The position numbers and the translations under genes were made by a program. Shown piece after piece: positions 9,121 through 19,083 of a stretch of DNA of 64,000 nt. The DNA is from an uncultured Pseudomonadota bacterium. Lineage in GTDB: Bacteria; Pseudomonadota; Alphaproteobacteria; RF32; CAG-239. The stretch covers positions 26,177 through 90,176 of the forward strand of contig CACWKS010000001.1 of the NCBI GenBank assembly GCA_902761535.1, given 5' to 3'. The notes below the pieces were generated by a model. The model was not told the DNA's origin, searched no databases, and saw nothing but the letters and a program-made list of their open reading frames with translations. Position 1 is the first letter of the stretch, and every line of letters begins with the position of its first letter.

Positions 9121-9594
9121 ATGCGACCAACCTGGGATGAATATTTTTTAGAAGTTATGCATGCGTTGCAAAAACGCTCAACTTGTGACCGCGGACAATG
9201 CGCTTGTGTGATTGTTAAAAATAACCAAATTTTGTGTACCGGTTATGCCGGAGCACCATCCGGTCTTCCCCATTGTGACGATGTCGGGCACTTAATCCGT
9301 GCCTCTTACGAAGCAGACGGCAAATTGCATGACCATTGTATTCGCACCGTTCACGCTGAACAAAACGCCATTTGTCAGGCCGCTAAACGCGGAGTCGCTA
9401 TTGACGGAGCTACTATTTATGTAGGAATGACACCTTGTCGCACCTGTGCCATGCTTTTAATATCTTCCGGAATTAAGAAAGTTATCGCCGAAAACAAATA
9501 CCATGCCGGACAGGAATCTGAAGAAATGTTCGCCCAAGCAGGTGTAGAGTTGGTTTTTGTTAACGACAGTGTTCTTGAATATACTAAAAAATAA
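9121..9594 (+). CDS. dCMP deaminase family protein (ComEB-like)
   Basis: RPTWDEYF, HAEQNAI and TPCRTCA zinc-deaminase motifs; GGAG RBS. Confidence 0.9.
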   Translation: MRPTWDEYFLEVMHALQKRSTCDRGQCACVIVKNNQILCTGYAGAPSGLPHCDDVGHLIRASYEADGKLHDHCIRTVHAEQNAICQAAKRGVAIDGATIYVGMTPCRTCAMLLISSGIKKVIAENKYHAGQESEEMFAQAGVELVFVNDSVLEYTKK

Positions 9595-9595
9595 A

Positions 9596-9629
9596 AAAAG
9601 CGGCTAAGTATTTCTGCTTAACCGCTTTT
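9596..9629. terminator. Bidirectional terminator between the deaminase gene and tsf
   Basis: AAAAGCGG...CCGCTTTT inverted repeat between convergent genes. Confidence 0.7.
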
Positions 9630-9645
9630 ATTCTGCATAATTCGC

Positions 9646-10572
9646 TTATTTATTCAATTGAGCTGCAACTTCAGCTGCAAAATCTTCTTCTTTCTTTTGC
9701 AAACCTTCACCCAATTTGAAACGAACATAATTGGTCAATTTAATTTCAGCACCCAATTCTTTTTCGGCATCAGCAATAACTTGCTTAACTTTCTTATCCG
9801 GATCCATAATATAGGCTTGTTCTTCCAAAACAACTTCGTCATAAAACTTGCGAACGCGACCTTCAACCATTTTTTCAATAATGTTTTCCGGTTTACCCGA
9901 AGCTTTAGCTTGTTCGGCAAAAATTGACTTTTCATGTTCAACCGCTGCCGGATCAACCGATGCAATATTCAAAGCAATCGGAGCCGTAGCCGCAATATGC
10001 ATGGCAATATGTTTGCCCAATTCTAACAATTTAGCTTTATCAGCCTTTGACTCTAAAGCAACCAAAACACCGATTTTACCCAAATTTTCACCGCAACAAT
10101 TGTGCAAATACGAAGCAACAACACCTTCATTAACCTGAATCATTGCCGCACGACGCAAATTCATATTTTCGCCGATCTTTGCAATCATATCGGTCAAACG
10201 TTCTTCAAAAGTCTTGTTGCACTTCGGGCAATGAAAAGTTTTCATATCACAAACTTCACCGGCAGCCATCAAAGCAACTTTAGCCGCATCGGCAACATAT
10301 TCTTGGAAAATCTCATTTTTAGCAACGAAGTCCGTTTCTGAGTTAACTTCAGCTATCGCTCCCTTATTTCCTTCAACATAAATCGAAACCAAACCCTCGG
10401 CAGCAATACGACTGGCCTTTTTGGCGGCAGTAGCCAAACCTTTTTTTCTTAACCAGTCAACAGCTTCTTCAAAATTGCCGTTGGTTTCAACCAAGGCTTT
10501 TTTACAATCAAGCATACCTGCACTGGTAGCTTCTCTCAACTCTTTAACTAAAGCAGCAGTAATTTCTGTCAT
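9646..10572 (-). CDS. tsf: Translation elongation factor Ts
   Basis: ITAALVKELRE, EVNSETDFVAKN, RFKLGEGLQKKEEDFAAEV; downstream of rpsB. Confidence 0.98.
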   Translation of the reverse strand: MTEITAALVKELREATSAGMLDCKKALVETNGNFEEAVDWLRKKGLATAAKKASRIAAEGLVSIYVEGNKGAIAEVNSETDFVAKNEIFQEYVADAAKVALMAAGEVCDMKTFHCPKCNKTFEERLTDMIAKIGENMNLRRAAMIQVNEGVVASYLHNCCGENLGKIGVLVALESKADKAKLLELGKHIAMHIAATAPIALNIASVDPAAVEHEKSIFAEQAKASGKPENIIEKMVEGRVRKFYDEVVLEEQAYIMDPDKKVKQVIADAEKELGAEIKLTNYVRFKLGEGLQKKEEDFAAEVAAQLNK

Positions 10573-10660
10573 CTTTTATAAACCCTTAAAAATATTTAAT
10601 TTCAAAAAAGGGCGGCGCAGTATATCAACACCGCCCTCATTCGCTCAAATAGCCTGAAAA

Positions 10661-11479
10661 TTATTCAGCTTTTTCTTTCTTTTCGGCTGTTTTTTTAGGT
10701 GCTCTTTTGCGCGGAGCTTTAGGAGCATCTTTCTTTTCAGCGGCTATTTCTTCAACCATTTCCTCAACCTTGACACCTTGAGCGGCAATCTGAGCTTGCA
10801 TACCATCCAATACCGAAGCTGAAATCATCTCGGAATAGAACTGAATGGCTCTGATTGCATCATCATTACCGGGAACCGGCAAATCAACTGCCTCGGGATC
10901 AGAGTTGGTATCACAAATACCGATAACCGGAATTCCCAACTTTTTAGCTTCTTTAATCGCCAAAGATTCTTTGCAGGTATCGATAACAAACAACAAATCC
11001 GGTTGACCGCCCATATTCATGATGCCGCCCAATTCCAGATTCAATTTTTCCTGTTCTTTTCTCATACCTTGCAATTCTTTTTTGGTATATCCGGCCAAGT
11101 CACCTTTTTCAAACATTTCGTTCAATTTTACCAAACGGGTAATTGACTTGTGAACTGTTTTCCAGTTGGTCAACATACCGCCCAACCAACGTTGGTTAAC
11201 ATAATATTGACCGCAACGCTCGGCATTTTCTTTAATAATGTCTTGAGCTTGGCGCTTGGTTGCAACAAACAAAACTTTACCGCCTTGAGCTGCAATCTCT
11301 TTGGTTGTAGCCATTGCCTGATACAGCATCGGATAAGTTTTTTGCAAATCAATAATGTGAATATTATCTCTTTTGCCATAAATATAAGCCGCCATTTTCG
11401 GATTCCAACGACGAGCGTGGTGACCGAAGTGAACGCCGGCTTCAATCATCTGGCGCAAAGTAAATGTAGGAAGAGTCAT
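10661..11479 (-). CDS. rpsB: 30S ribosomal protein S2
   Basis: AGVHFGH, WNPKM, RWLGGMLTNW, PGNDDAIRAI. Confidence 0.99.
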   Translation of the reverse strand: MTLPTFTLRQMIEAGVHFGHHARRWNPKMAAYIYGKRDNIHIIDLQKTYPMLYQAMATTKEIAAQGGKVLFVATKRQAQDIIKENAERCGQYYVNQRWLGGMLTNWKTVHKSITRLVKLNEMFEKGDLAGYTKKELQGMRKEQEKLNLELGGIMNMGGQPDLLFVIDTCKESLAIKEAKKLGIPVIGICDTNSDPEAVDLPVPGNDDAIRAIQFYSEMISASVLDGMQAQIAAQGVKVEEMVEEIAAEKKDAPKAPRKRAPKKTAEKKEKAE

Positions 11480-11601
11480 ATTTTTATATCCTTCTTTTTT
11501 CGGTTAAACCTCCGCGGATCCTGCCAAAACTTGAAAGTTCCAAGCACCGAAACGAAACTAAAAATCAAAATTTTCAATCCCGCTAAAAATCCGCGTGTGA
11601 A
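11480..11601 (-). promoter_or_regulatory. rpsB 5' leader (S2 autoregulatory element)
   Basis: Minus strand reads CACACGCGGAT...TTCGGTGC...ATCCGCGGAGGTTTAACC, the conserved rpsB-leader pattern with pairing GCGGAT/ATCCGC. Confidence 0.7.
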
Positions 11602-11790
11602 TTAATGTTAACGAAAATCGTTTTATCGATTCTCAGACGCTTTTTAAACATATCTTCACAAAATTGCAAGCATTTTTTCACAAATTTTTACTTTATTTAA
11701 CAAAATATTCCTGTTGCAAAAAAACTTATTGACTCCGATAATAAACGATATAATAACTAAACTTGAAAAATTCGAAAACAGAGGTGTCAA

Positions 11791-12756
11791 ATGAATAGTA
11801 TTCTCGTAACTGGTGGGACTGGATTTTTAGGCTCTAACTTATGTCATCGACTTATTAGTAACGGTGACAAGGTTATTTGTATTGACAACAATTATACCGG
11901 AAGATTACAAAACATCGCTGATTTATTAAATAATCCTAATTTTCGTTTTATTGAGCATGATGTTTGTTCACCCCTTTCTATCAACGACACTAAAATAGAC
12001 CAAATATACAACCTGGCATGTCCTGCATCGCCTCCGGCTTACCAAGGTTCTCATTCTATTCAAACTACCAAAACTTGCGTGCTCGGTGCAATTAATATGT
12101 TGGATTTGGCTAAAAAACACCATGCCGCTATTTTGCAAACATCCACATCGGAAATCTATGGCAATCCTTTAATTCACCCCCAACCCGAGACCTATCTCGG
12201 AAATGTCAATCCGATTGGAATTCGTTCTTGTTACGATGAAGGAAAACGTTGTGCGGAAAGCCTGTTTTTTGATTATCATCGCCATGAGGGTGTCAACATA
12301 AAAGTTGTACGCATTTTTAACACCTACGGACCAAACATGGATCCTCATGATGGTCGAGTCGTTTCCAATTTTATTTGTCAGGCCCTAAGCGGACAAGATT
12401 TAACTATTTACGGTCAAGGTAATCAAACTCGTTCATTCTGCTATGTTGATGACCTCATTGAAGGTTTGATTCGCATGATGAATTCGCCCAAAGATTTTAC
12501 CGGTCCTGTCAACTTAGGCAATCCCGGAGAATTCACCATCAAAGAATTGGCACAAAAAGTAATCGCTAAAATCGGCGGTTCTTCCCAAATAGTATACCGC
12601 GATTTACCTGCTGACGATCCTTGTCTGCGTCGTCCCGACATTACTTTAGCTAAAACTAAATTAGGTTGGGAACCGAAAATAAAACTTGATGAAGGACTCG
12701 ATAAAACCATAGCTTATTTTGAAACACAAATTAATTTATTTAAGAAGGCAATTTAA
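11791..12756 (+). CDS. uxs: UDP-glucuronate decarboxylase (UDP-xylose synthase)
   Basis: [48 protein letters not shown]. Confidence 0.92.
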   Translation: MNSILVTGGTGFLGSNLCHRLISNGDKVICIDNNYTGRLQNIADLLNNPNFRFIEHDVCSPLSINDTKIDQIYNLACPASPPAYQGSHSIQTTKTCVLGAINMLDLAKKHHAAILQTSTSEIYGNPLIHPQPETYLGNVNPIGIRSCYDEGKRCAESLFFDYHRHEGVNIKVVRIFNTYGPNMDPHDGRVVSNFICQALSGQDLTIYGQGNQTRSFCYVDDLIEGLIRMMNSPKDFTGPVNLGNPGEFTIKELAQKVIAKIGGSSQIVYRDLPADDPCLRRPDITLAKTKLGWEPKIKLDEGLDKTIAYFETQINLFKKAI

Positions 12757-12757
12757 A

Positions 12758-14095
12758 ATGAAAGTAGCAATTATCGGAACCGGATATGTCGGACTCCCCA
12801 CCGGAGTAGGTTTGGCTGAATTAGGAAACGAAGTAACCTGTATTGATCGCGATCCGCAAAAAATCGCCGCCTTAAATTCCGGCAAAATCACTCTTTACGA
12901 AGATGGACTGGAAGAGCTTTTTCACAAAAACACCGCCGCCGGAAGAATCAAATTTACCACTTCTATGAAAGAAGGCATTGAAACTGCCGATTTAGTTATA
13001 ATTGCCGTCGGTACACCACCGCATCCGGTGACTAAAGAAGCAGATATGAAATATATTCATGCAGCTGCAACCGAGTTAGCCGAATATTTACAAGGATATA
13101 CCGTTGTTGCAACCAAATCGACCGTTCCGGTCGGTACCGGCGATGATATCGAAGCCCTTATCAGCAAAAAAAATCCTTTTGCCGATTTTGATGTTGTTTC
13201 TTTGCCGGAATTTTTGCGTGAAGGTTTTGCAGTTTATGACTTTTTTCACCCCGATCGCATTGTTGTGGGTGCAAATACTGAAAAAGCCCGCAATGTAATC
13301 AAAGAGCTCTATCAACCGTTCGCTGGCAAAACCAACATGCTGTTTGTCAAACGTCGTTCAAGCGAAACCATAAAATATGCCTCTAACGCTTTTTTAGCAA
13401 TCAAGATTCATTATATAAACGAAATGGCTGACTTTTGCGAAAAAACCGGTGCCGATATTACCGAAGTAGCCCAAGGTATGGGGTTAGATACCCGCATCGG
13501 CAATCGTTTCTTAAATCCCGGACCGGGTTATGGTGGAAGTTGTTTTCCTAAAGATACTATGGCTATGTCTTATATGGCACGCCAAAACGATGTGGAAATG
13601 ACCTTAATTAATGCGGCCATTGCCGGCAACACCAAACGCAAACAGCAAATGGCCGAACGGATTCTCAATGCGGTTAAAGATATTCCTAATCCCAAAATAG
13701 CTGTATTGGGCTTAGCTTTCAAAGACGGAACCGATGACTGCCGCGAGAGTCCGGCTATGGATATTGTTTACAATCTGCTTGAACATAAAGCCGACATCAC
13801 CGCTTATGATCCTAAAGCTATGGGCACTGCTTGCCGCCTTTTAGGCGACAAAATCAGCTATGCCGATGATATGTACGCATGTTTGAAAGATGCTGATGTC
13901 TTAGCGATTTTGACCGAATGGGGCGAATTCAAGAGTCTGGATTTAACCCGTGCCGGACTTTTAATGCGTCACAAAAACATTGTTGACTGCCGCAATTTGC
14001 TAAATATCGAATCAGCACTTGCCAACGGTTTCAAATATCAAGGAATTGGCAAAAAGATTGAGAACAAAGAAAAACTGTTGCGGGAGGTTGCATGA
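12758..14095 (+). CDS. ugd: UDP-glucose 6-dehydrogenase
   Basis: IGTGYVGL, KSTVPVGT, PEFLREG, KYASNAFLA, GYGGSCFPKD. Confidence 0.95.
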   Translation: MKVAIIGTGYVGLPTGVGLAELGNEVTCIDRDPQKIAALNSGKITLYEDGLEELFHKNTAAGRIKFTTSMKEGIETADLVIIAVGTPPHPVTKEADMKYIHAAATELAEYLQGYTVVATKSTVPVGTGDDIEALISKKNPFADFDVVSLPEFLREGFAVYDFFHPDRIVVGANTEKARNVIKELYQPFAGKTNMLFVKRRSSETIKYASNAFLAIKIHYINEMADFCEKTGADITEVAQGMGLDTRIGNRFLNPGPGYGGSCFPKDTMAMSYMARQNDVEMTLINAAIAGNTKRKQQMAERILNAVKDIPNPKIAVLGLAFKDGTDDCRESPAMDIVYNLLEHKADITAYDPKAMGTACRLLGDKISYADDMYACLKDADVLAILTEWGEFKSLDLTRAGLLMRHKNIVDCRNLLNIESALANGFKYQGIGKKIENKEKLLREVA

Positions 14096-15060
14096 TTTTA
14101 GTTATGGGCGGTGCCGGCTACATCGGCTCTCATACTGTTCGCCACCTGCTTGATCAAGGCTATGAAGTTATAGTCGCGGACAATTTATATTATGGCCATC
14201 GCGAAGCTGTTGACGAACGTGCCGCTTTTATCTATACAGATCTTATGGACTTACTATCTCTTGATAAGTTGTTCACTTTTTATCCGATTGATGCTGTTAT
14301 CCATTTTGCTGCCTTTGCTTATGTCGGAGAAAGTGTAGCTGAACCTGAAAAATACTATTACAACAACGTCATCGGCACGACTAATCTGCTTCATACAATG
14401 TTGGCACATAATGTTAAAAAGATTGTTTTTTCCAGCACCTGTGCCACCTATGGCGAGCCGCAATATACCCCGATTGACGAAAAACATCCGCAAAATCCGA
14501 TTAATCCTTACGGACGAACCAAATTGATGATTGAGCAAATTTTTGCTGATTATGAACGTGCTTATGGACTGCAACATATTGCTTTACGTTATTTTAATGC
14601 GGCCGGCTGTTCTCAAGACGGTAAAATCGGCGAAAGTCACACGCCGGAAACACATTTAATTCCGCTGGTATTACAAGCTATCCTCGGCAAACGCAACTTA
14701 ATTCAAGTTTTCGGCACTGACTATAATACTCCTGACGGCACTTGTATCCGTGACTACATCCATGTTGAAGATTTAGCTGTGGCTCATCGTCTGGCTCTGG
14801 AAAAACTGGGGACTTATAACGGTTGTATTAATCTTGGCACCGGTATCGGCACTTCGGTCAAAGAGATTATTACCGCAGCCGAACAAGTCAGCGGCAAAAA
14901 ATGCCCCGTGGAATATGCCCCTCGCCGTGCCGGCGATCCGGCTCGTCTTTTTGCCGACAACACTAAAGCTAAAGAAATTTTAGGCTGGCAACCTCAATAC
15001 ACTGATATTAAAGACATCATCTCAACCGCTTGGAATTGGGAACTTAAAAGGAGATATTGA
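14092..15060 (+). CDS. galE: UDP-glucose 4-epimerase family (GalE)
   Basis: GGAGYIGSH, HFAAFAYVGESV, NPYGRTK, LRYFNAAG, TPDGTCIRDYIHV. Confidence 0.92.
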   Translation: MILVMGGAGYIGSHTVRHLLDQGYEVIVADNLYYGHREAVDERAAFIYTDLMDLLSLDKLFTFYPIDAVIHFAAFAYVGESVAEPEKYYYNNVIGTTNLLHTMLAHNVKKIVFSSTCATYGEPQYTPIDEKHPQNPINPYGRTKLMIEQIFADYERAYGLQHIALRYFNAAGCSQDGKIGESHTPETHLIPLVLQAILGKRNLIQVFGTDYNTPDGTCIRDYIHVEDLAVAHRLALEKLGTYNGCINLGTGIGTSVKEIITAAEQVSGKKCPVEYAPRRAGDPARLFADNTKAKEILGWQPQYTDIKDIISTAWNWELKRRY

Positions 15061-16175
15061 TGCGCAAAGTAACAAACCTCATTGTTGGTTGTGGATTATC
15101 CGGTGTTGTCTTGGCAGAACGTTTGGCCTCGCAAAAGCATGAAGAAGTTTTGATTATCGACCGACGTAATCATATCGGCGGCAATGTCTATGATTACAAG
15201 GATAAAGAAACCGGTATTACGGTTCACCAATATGGACCCCATGTTTTTCACACTAACAACAAAGAAGTATGGGACTATTTAAGCAACTTTACCGAATGGC
15301 ATCGTTTTATGTATCGTGTTAAGGCTGTAATTGACGGAATTGAGGTTAATATTCCCTTTAACCTTGACAGTTTGCATAAAGTTTTTCCGCAATCACTTGC
15401 CAACAAATTAGAAACCAAACTTCTGAAAAAATTCGGTTTTAACCAAAAAGTGCCGATTCTGCAACTTCGCCAATCAAACGACTCAGATCTTGAATTTTTA
15501 GCACAATACATATATGAAAAAGTTTTTTTAGGTTATACGATTAAACAGTGGGGTGTTAAACCCGAAGATTTAGACGCCTCAGTTAGTGGGCGCGTTCCGG
15601 TATATATCAGCCGTGACGACCGTTATTTTCAAGATCGTTATCAAGCACTTCCGCTTAATGGTTACACTGCAATGATTAAAAACATTCTCAACAATCCGTT
15701 GATTAAAGTTGAGCTGAACACGGATTTTGCTTCGATTCGCAACAATATTGAATATGATCGCCTATTTTTTAGCGGAGCAATTGATGAGTATTTTAATTAT
15801 GAATTAGGCAAATTGCCTTACCGCAGTTTAGATATAATGTTCAAAATTCACAATTGTAATTACTTACAATCCGGACCGCAAATCAACTATCCTGAAAATT
15901 ATGACTACACCCGCTCGGTGGAATATAAATATTATCTTGATGAAAAATCTGATAAAACCATTGTTTCTTATGAATATCCATACTCCTATGAAGAAGGAAA
16001 GCATGAACGTTATTATCCGATTCCGGATAAAGCTAATCAAGATTTGTATGACCGCTATGTTGCAAAAGCTAAAGAATTAAAAAATGTTTGGTTTGTCGGT
16101 CGTTTGGGCGATTACAAGTATTATAACATGGACCAAACAGTTTCAAGAGCATTAGAATTGTTTAAGGAGATTTAA
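15060..16175 (+). CDS. glf: UDP-galactopyranose mutase
   Basis: VGCGLSG, HIGGNVYD, YGPHVFHT, RYYP, GRLGDYKYYNMD. Confidence 0.95.
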   Translation: MRKVTNLIVGCGLSGVVLAERLASQKHEEVLIIDRRNHIGGNVYDYKDKETGITVHQYGPHVFHTNNKEVWDYLSNFTEWHRFMYRVKAVIDGIEVNIPFNLDSLHKVFPQSLANKLETKLLKKFGFNQKVPILQLRQSNDSDLEFLAQYIYEKVFLGYTIKQWGVKPEDLDASVSGRVPVYISRDDRYFQDRYQALPLNGYTAMIKNILNNPLIKVELNTDFASIRNNIEYDRLFFSGAIDEYFNYELGKLPYRSLDIMFKIHNCNYLQSGPQINYPENYDYTRSVEYKYYLDEKSDKTIVSYEYPYSYEEGKHERYYPIPDKANQDLYDRYVAKAKELKNVWFVGRLGDYKYYNMDQTVSRALELFKEI

Positions 16176-16178
16176 ATA

Positions 16179-18011
16179 ATGACAAGAGAACCCAAAGTTT
16201 CTGTTATCGTTCCGATTTACAAGGTTGAAAAATTTATACATAAAGCAATAGACTCTATTTTAAATCAAACTTTGAAAGATATTGAAATTATTTTAGTTGA
16301 TGATGGCTCGCCGGACAATTGCGGTAAAATCTGTGATGAATACGCCCAAAAAGATTCTCGCATCAAAGTAATACATCAAAAAAATGGCGGGCTAGGTAAT
16401 GCATACAACAACGGAATTAAAGCCGCATCAGGAGAATACATAGGTTTTGTTGAACCTGACGATTGGATCGAACCGGAAATGTATGAAAAATTATATGCTA
16501 ATACAAACCATAATAAGTGCGATATTGTAAAATGTTTTTACACTAGTATTTTAGAAAATGGCGAAAAAAGATTGGAAAAAAATTTTTACGATACAGACTG
16601 TAATAAATTTATTAGTGGTAGAGGAAATTGTCCTAACTTAATCGAAAAGCACGTTTCTCATTGGTCTGCAATATATAATAAATATTTTCTAAATAAAAAT
16701 AAAATTTTATTTAATGAAACGCCAGGAGCTGCATCTCAGGATTTTGGTTTTATATTAAAATGTTATGCTTATGCAGAAACTGTATATATTATTCCGTCTT
16801 CTTACATTAATTATAGACTTTTTTCTGGTAATCACAATATTGAACATTTAAATAAAAATATGCTACAAGAATGTATTCTTACTTGTAATTTTTTATTAAA
16901 TGATAAGAATATACCATCAATAGTTTGGGAAAATATATATAAGCGTATTGCTATGCGCCTAGTTACAGAAAAGACTTTTTCTTTTACTCAAATTTGTAAT
17001 CTAAAAAAGATATTAAGAAAAATAGAAAAACTACAGACATATAAATTTTTTTCTGAAAAGGATAAAAAAATAGTAACAAAATTTATTAGTAAAAAAATTA
17101 TTAATATAGTATATATTCTTCAAAATGAATATACTGTATACTTTTTAAATATCCCAGTATTTAAGAAAAAAATTGAACCTAATAAAACTAAAAAATATTT
17201 TCTGGGAATACCTTATAAAACCTGCAAACAAAAGAATAATAAAATCAAAAAATATTTTTTAGGCATAAAATATAAAACTAAAAATATCCCATCAACTGTT
17301 CAAGATATAGTAGTAGAAAATACCCGTTTGTTGCACATTATAAGTCAAGCCAATATTGTTCAGGCAACACATCAAAAAACTTTTTCTTCATATAAAAACA
17401 AATATAAAGATAGAGAAGTTGTTTTAGTGGCATCAGGACCAACAAACGCTAAATACAAGCCGATAAAAAATGCTGTTCATGTTGGGGTTAATAGAAGTTT
17501 TTTAAAAGACAATATTTTATTAGATTATCTTTTTATTCAAGATAAAAGAGCTTTTAATGATGGTTACAAAGATAAAATAATTAACTATAAAGGTAATAAT
17601 TGTAAAAAATTTTTTGGAATATCAAATGAAAAACACACAGACTGGATTATTCCCGAAAGTTGGAGTATTAAAGCTAATGCCGTTAGATACTATACAGATT
17701 TAGGATATAATAGCAAATTTGCATATGATTTGACATCTCAGCACCTTGGAGATTTTGCCTCTGTTGTTTTTGCCGCTTTGCAATTTATATTATGGACTTC
17801 CCCTAAGAAGATTTATCTGGTAGGTTGTGATTGTACAAATGATCCATATGCATATGACAAGACAAAAACAACAGATTTAATTCCTGATCGCAATATTGAA
17901 AATTTTAAAAAATTTAAGCAATTTAAAACGATGTACTATCCTGAAACTGAAATCATTTCTATCAATCCAATAGGTTTGAAAGGATTATTTACTGATGAAT
18001 ATACAGAATAA
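16179..18011 (+). CDS. GT2 glycosyltransferase fused to a C-terminal DUF115/GT42-like domain
   Basis: N-terminal VSVIVPIYKVE...VDDGSPD...FVEPDDW; C-terminal VVLVASGPT...GVNR...KKIYLVGCD. Confidence 0.8.
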   Translation: MTREPKVSVIVPIYKVEKFIHKAIDSILNQTLKDIEIILVDDGSPDNCGKICDEYAQKDSRIKVIHQKNGGLGNAYNNGIKAASGEYIGFVEPDDWIEPEMYEKLYANTNHNKCDIVKCFYTSILENGEKRLEKNFYDTDCNKFISGRGNCPNLIEKHVSHWSAIYNKYFLNKNKILFNETPGAASQDFGFILKCYAYAETVYIIPSSYINYRLFSGNHNIEHLNKNMLQECILTCNFLLNDKNIPSIVWENIYKRIAMRLVTEKTFSFTQICNLKKILRKIEKLQTYKFFSEKDKKIVTKFISKKIINIVYILQNEYTVYFLNIPVFKKKIEPNKTKKYFLGIPYKTCKQKNNKIKKYFLGIKYKTKNIPSTVQDIVVENTRLLHIISQANIVQATHQKTFSSYKNKYKDREVVLVASGPTNAKYKPIKNAVHVGVNRSFLKDNILLDYLFIQDKRAFNDGYKDKIINYKGNNCKKFFGISNEKHTDWIIPESWSIKANAVRYYTDLGYNSKFAYDLTSQHLGDFASVVFAALQFILWTSPKKIYLVGCDCTNDPYAYDKTKTTDLIPDRNIENFKKFKQFKTMYYPETEIISINPIGLKGLFTDEYTE

Positions 18012-19083
18012 AAAAAATGCATTATTAATAATGGCTGCAACCGGAAACTATTTATTTTCCGTAGGCAATGTACTCTTGGGCTTAAAAAAACATTCTCCGA
18101 ATATGTTTGACGATGTTGTTATCTATACCGACGAGACAGCTACAGAACAAGATAAACAAACTATTCAGAGAATTTATCCTGTTACATTTAAGATATACGA
18201 TTATCAAATTCCAAATAAAGTAGATCGTGAACGCTTAAAACATTATTCAAATATGTGTTATGCACGTTTTGAAGCGTTGGCACATTTAGATAAATATCAT
18301 AAAGTTTTTTGGTTTGATACAGATTTTTTGATTACCGGAGATATTTCAGGATTGCTTGAATATGGTAAAACCGGAATTTCCATGTCAATTGATTTGGATC
18401 CCTACCCTGAAGGGCATGGTGTTCATATGTTTTTTGTTAAGAATGTTCCAGGATATGATATGATGGCAGAAGCTTATGCTTCAGGTTTAATTATTTTCAC
18501 GGACAAATTAAAAGAGCCTTTGAAATTAAGAGAATACCTCTATAAACAATTGGATAAATATTCGTCATACATCAAATATGCCGAGCAGGGTATTTTGCAA
18601 CTAATGATTGAGGATTTTAAGCTTAAGGTGGATATGTTTCCCAAACTTATTTATCATGCTTTTCCTTTTGAGGACAAATCAAAGGCTCGTTTGATTCACC
18701 TATTAGGAAAATCAAAACCATGGCAATACTACACCGGTTCAGCCTATAAAGAATGGTATGAAAACCATAAAAAATGGATAGAACTTGGCGGAGATGAAGC
18801 CTATACTTTCAAAAAATTAATACAAAGTCACCCAGAGGCGTTTTATGGGGAAGATCGATACCAAAATATACTATTAATGAATATGTTATCTCGTAAATCA
18901 GAAAATTCATTGATAAACAATGTGGTAGAAATAATAAACTACAAACGTAATAAACGTAAACTTTTGAGATATAAGATCCTTTCAAATCTCACTTTCGGTA
19001 AAACTCGCGCTCACTATATACGCAAGAAAAAAGATCTGAAAGCTAAACTTAAAGCCGTAAAGCAATTTTTAAAAGGAAAATAA
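17995..19083 (+). CDS. GT8-like glycosyltransferase
   Basis: YARF, WFDTD (DxD), ASG, EQGILQ, IHLLGKSKPW. Confidence 0.8.
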   Translation: MNIQNKKNALLIMAATGNYLFSVGNVLLGLKKHSPNMFDDVVIYTDETATEQDKQTIQRIYPVTFKIYDYQIPNKVDRERLKHYSNMCYARFEALAHLDKYHKVFWFDTDFLITGDISGLLEYGKTGISMSIDLDPYPEGHGVHMFFVKNVPGYDMMAEAYASGLIIFTDKLKEPLKLREYLYKQLDKYSSYIKYAEQGILQLMIEDFKLKVDMFPKLIYHAFPFEDKSKARLIHLLGKSKPWQYYTGSAYKEWYENHKKWIELGGDEAYTFKKLIQSHPEAFYGEDRYQNILLMNMLSRKSENSLINNVVEIINYKRNKRKLLRYKILSNLTFGKTRAHYIRKKKDLKAKLKAVKQFLKGK

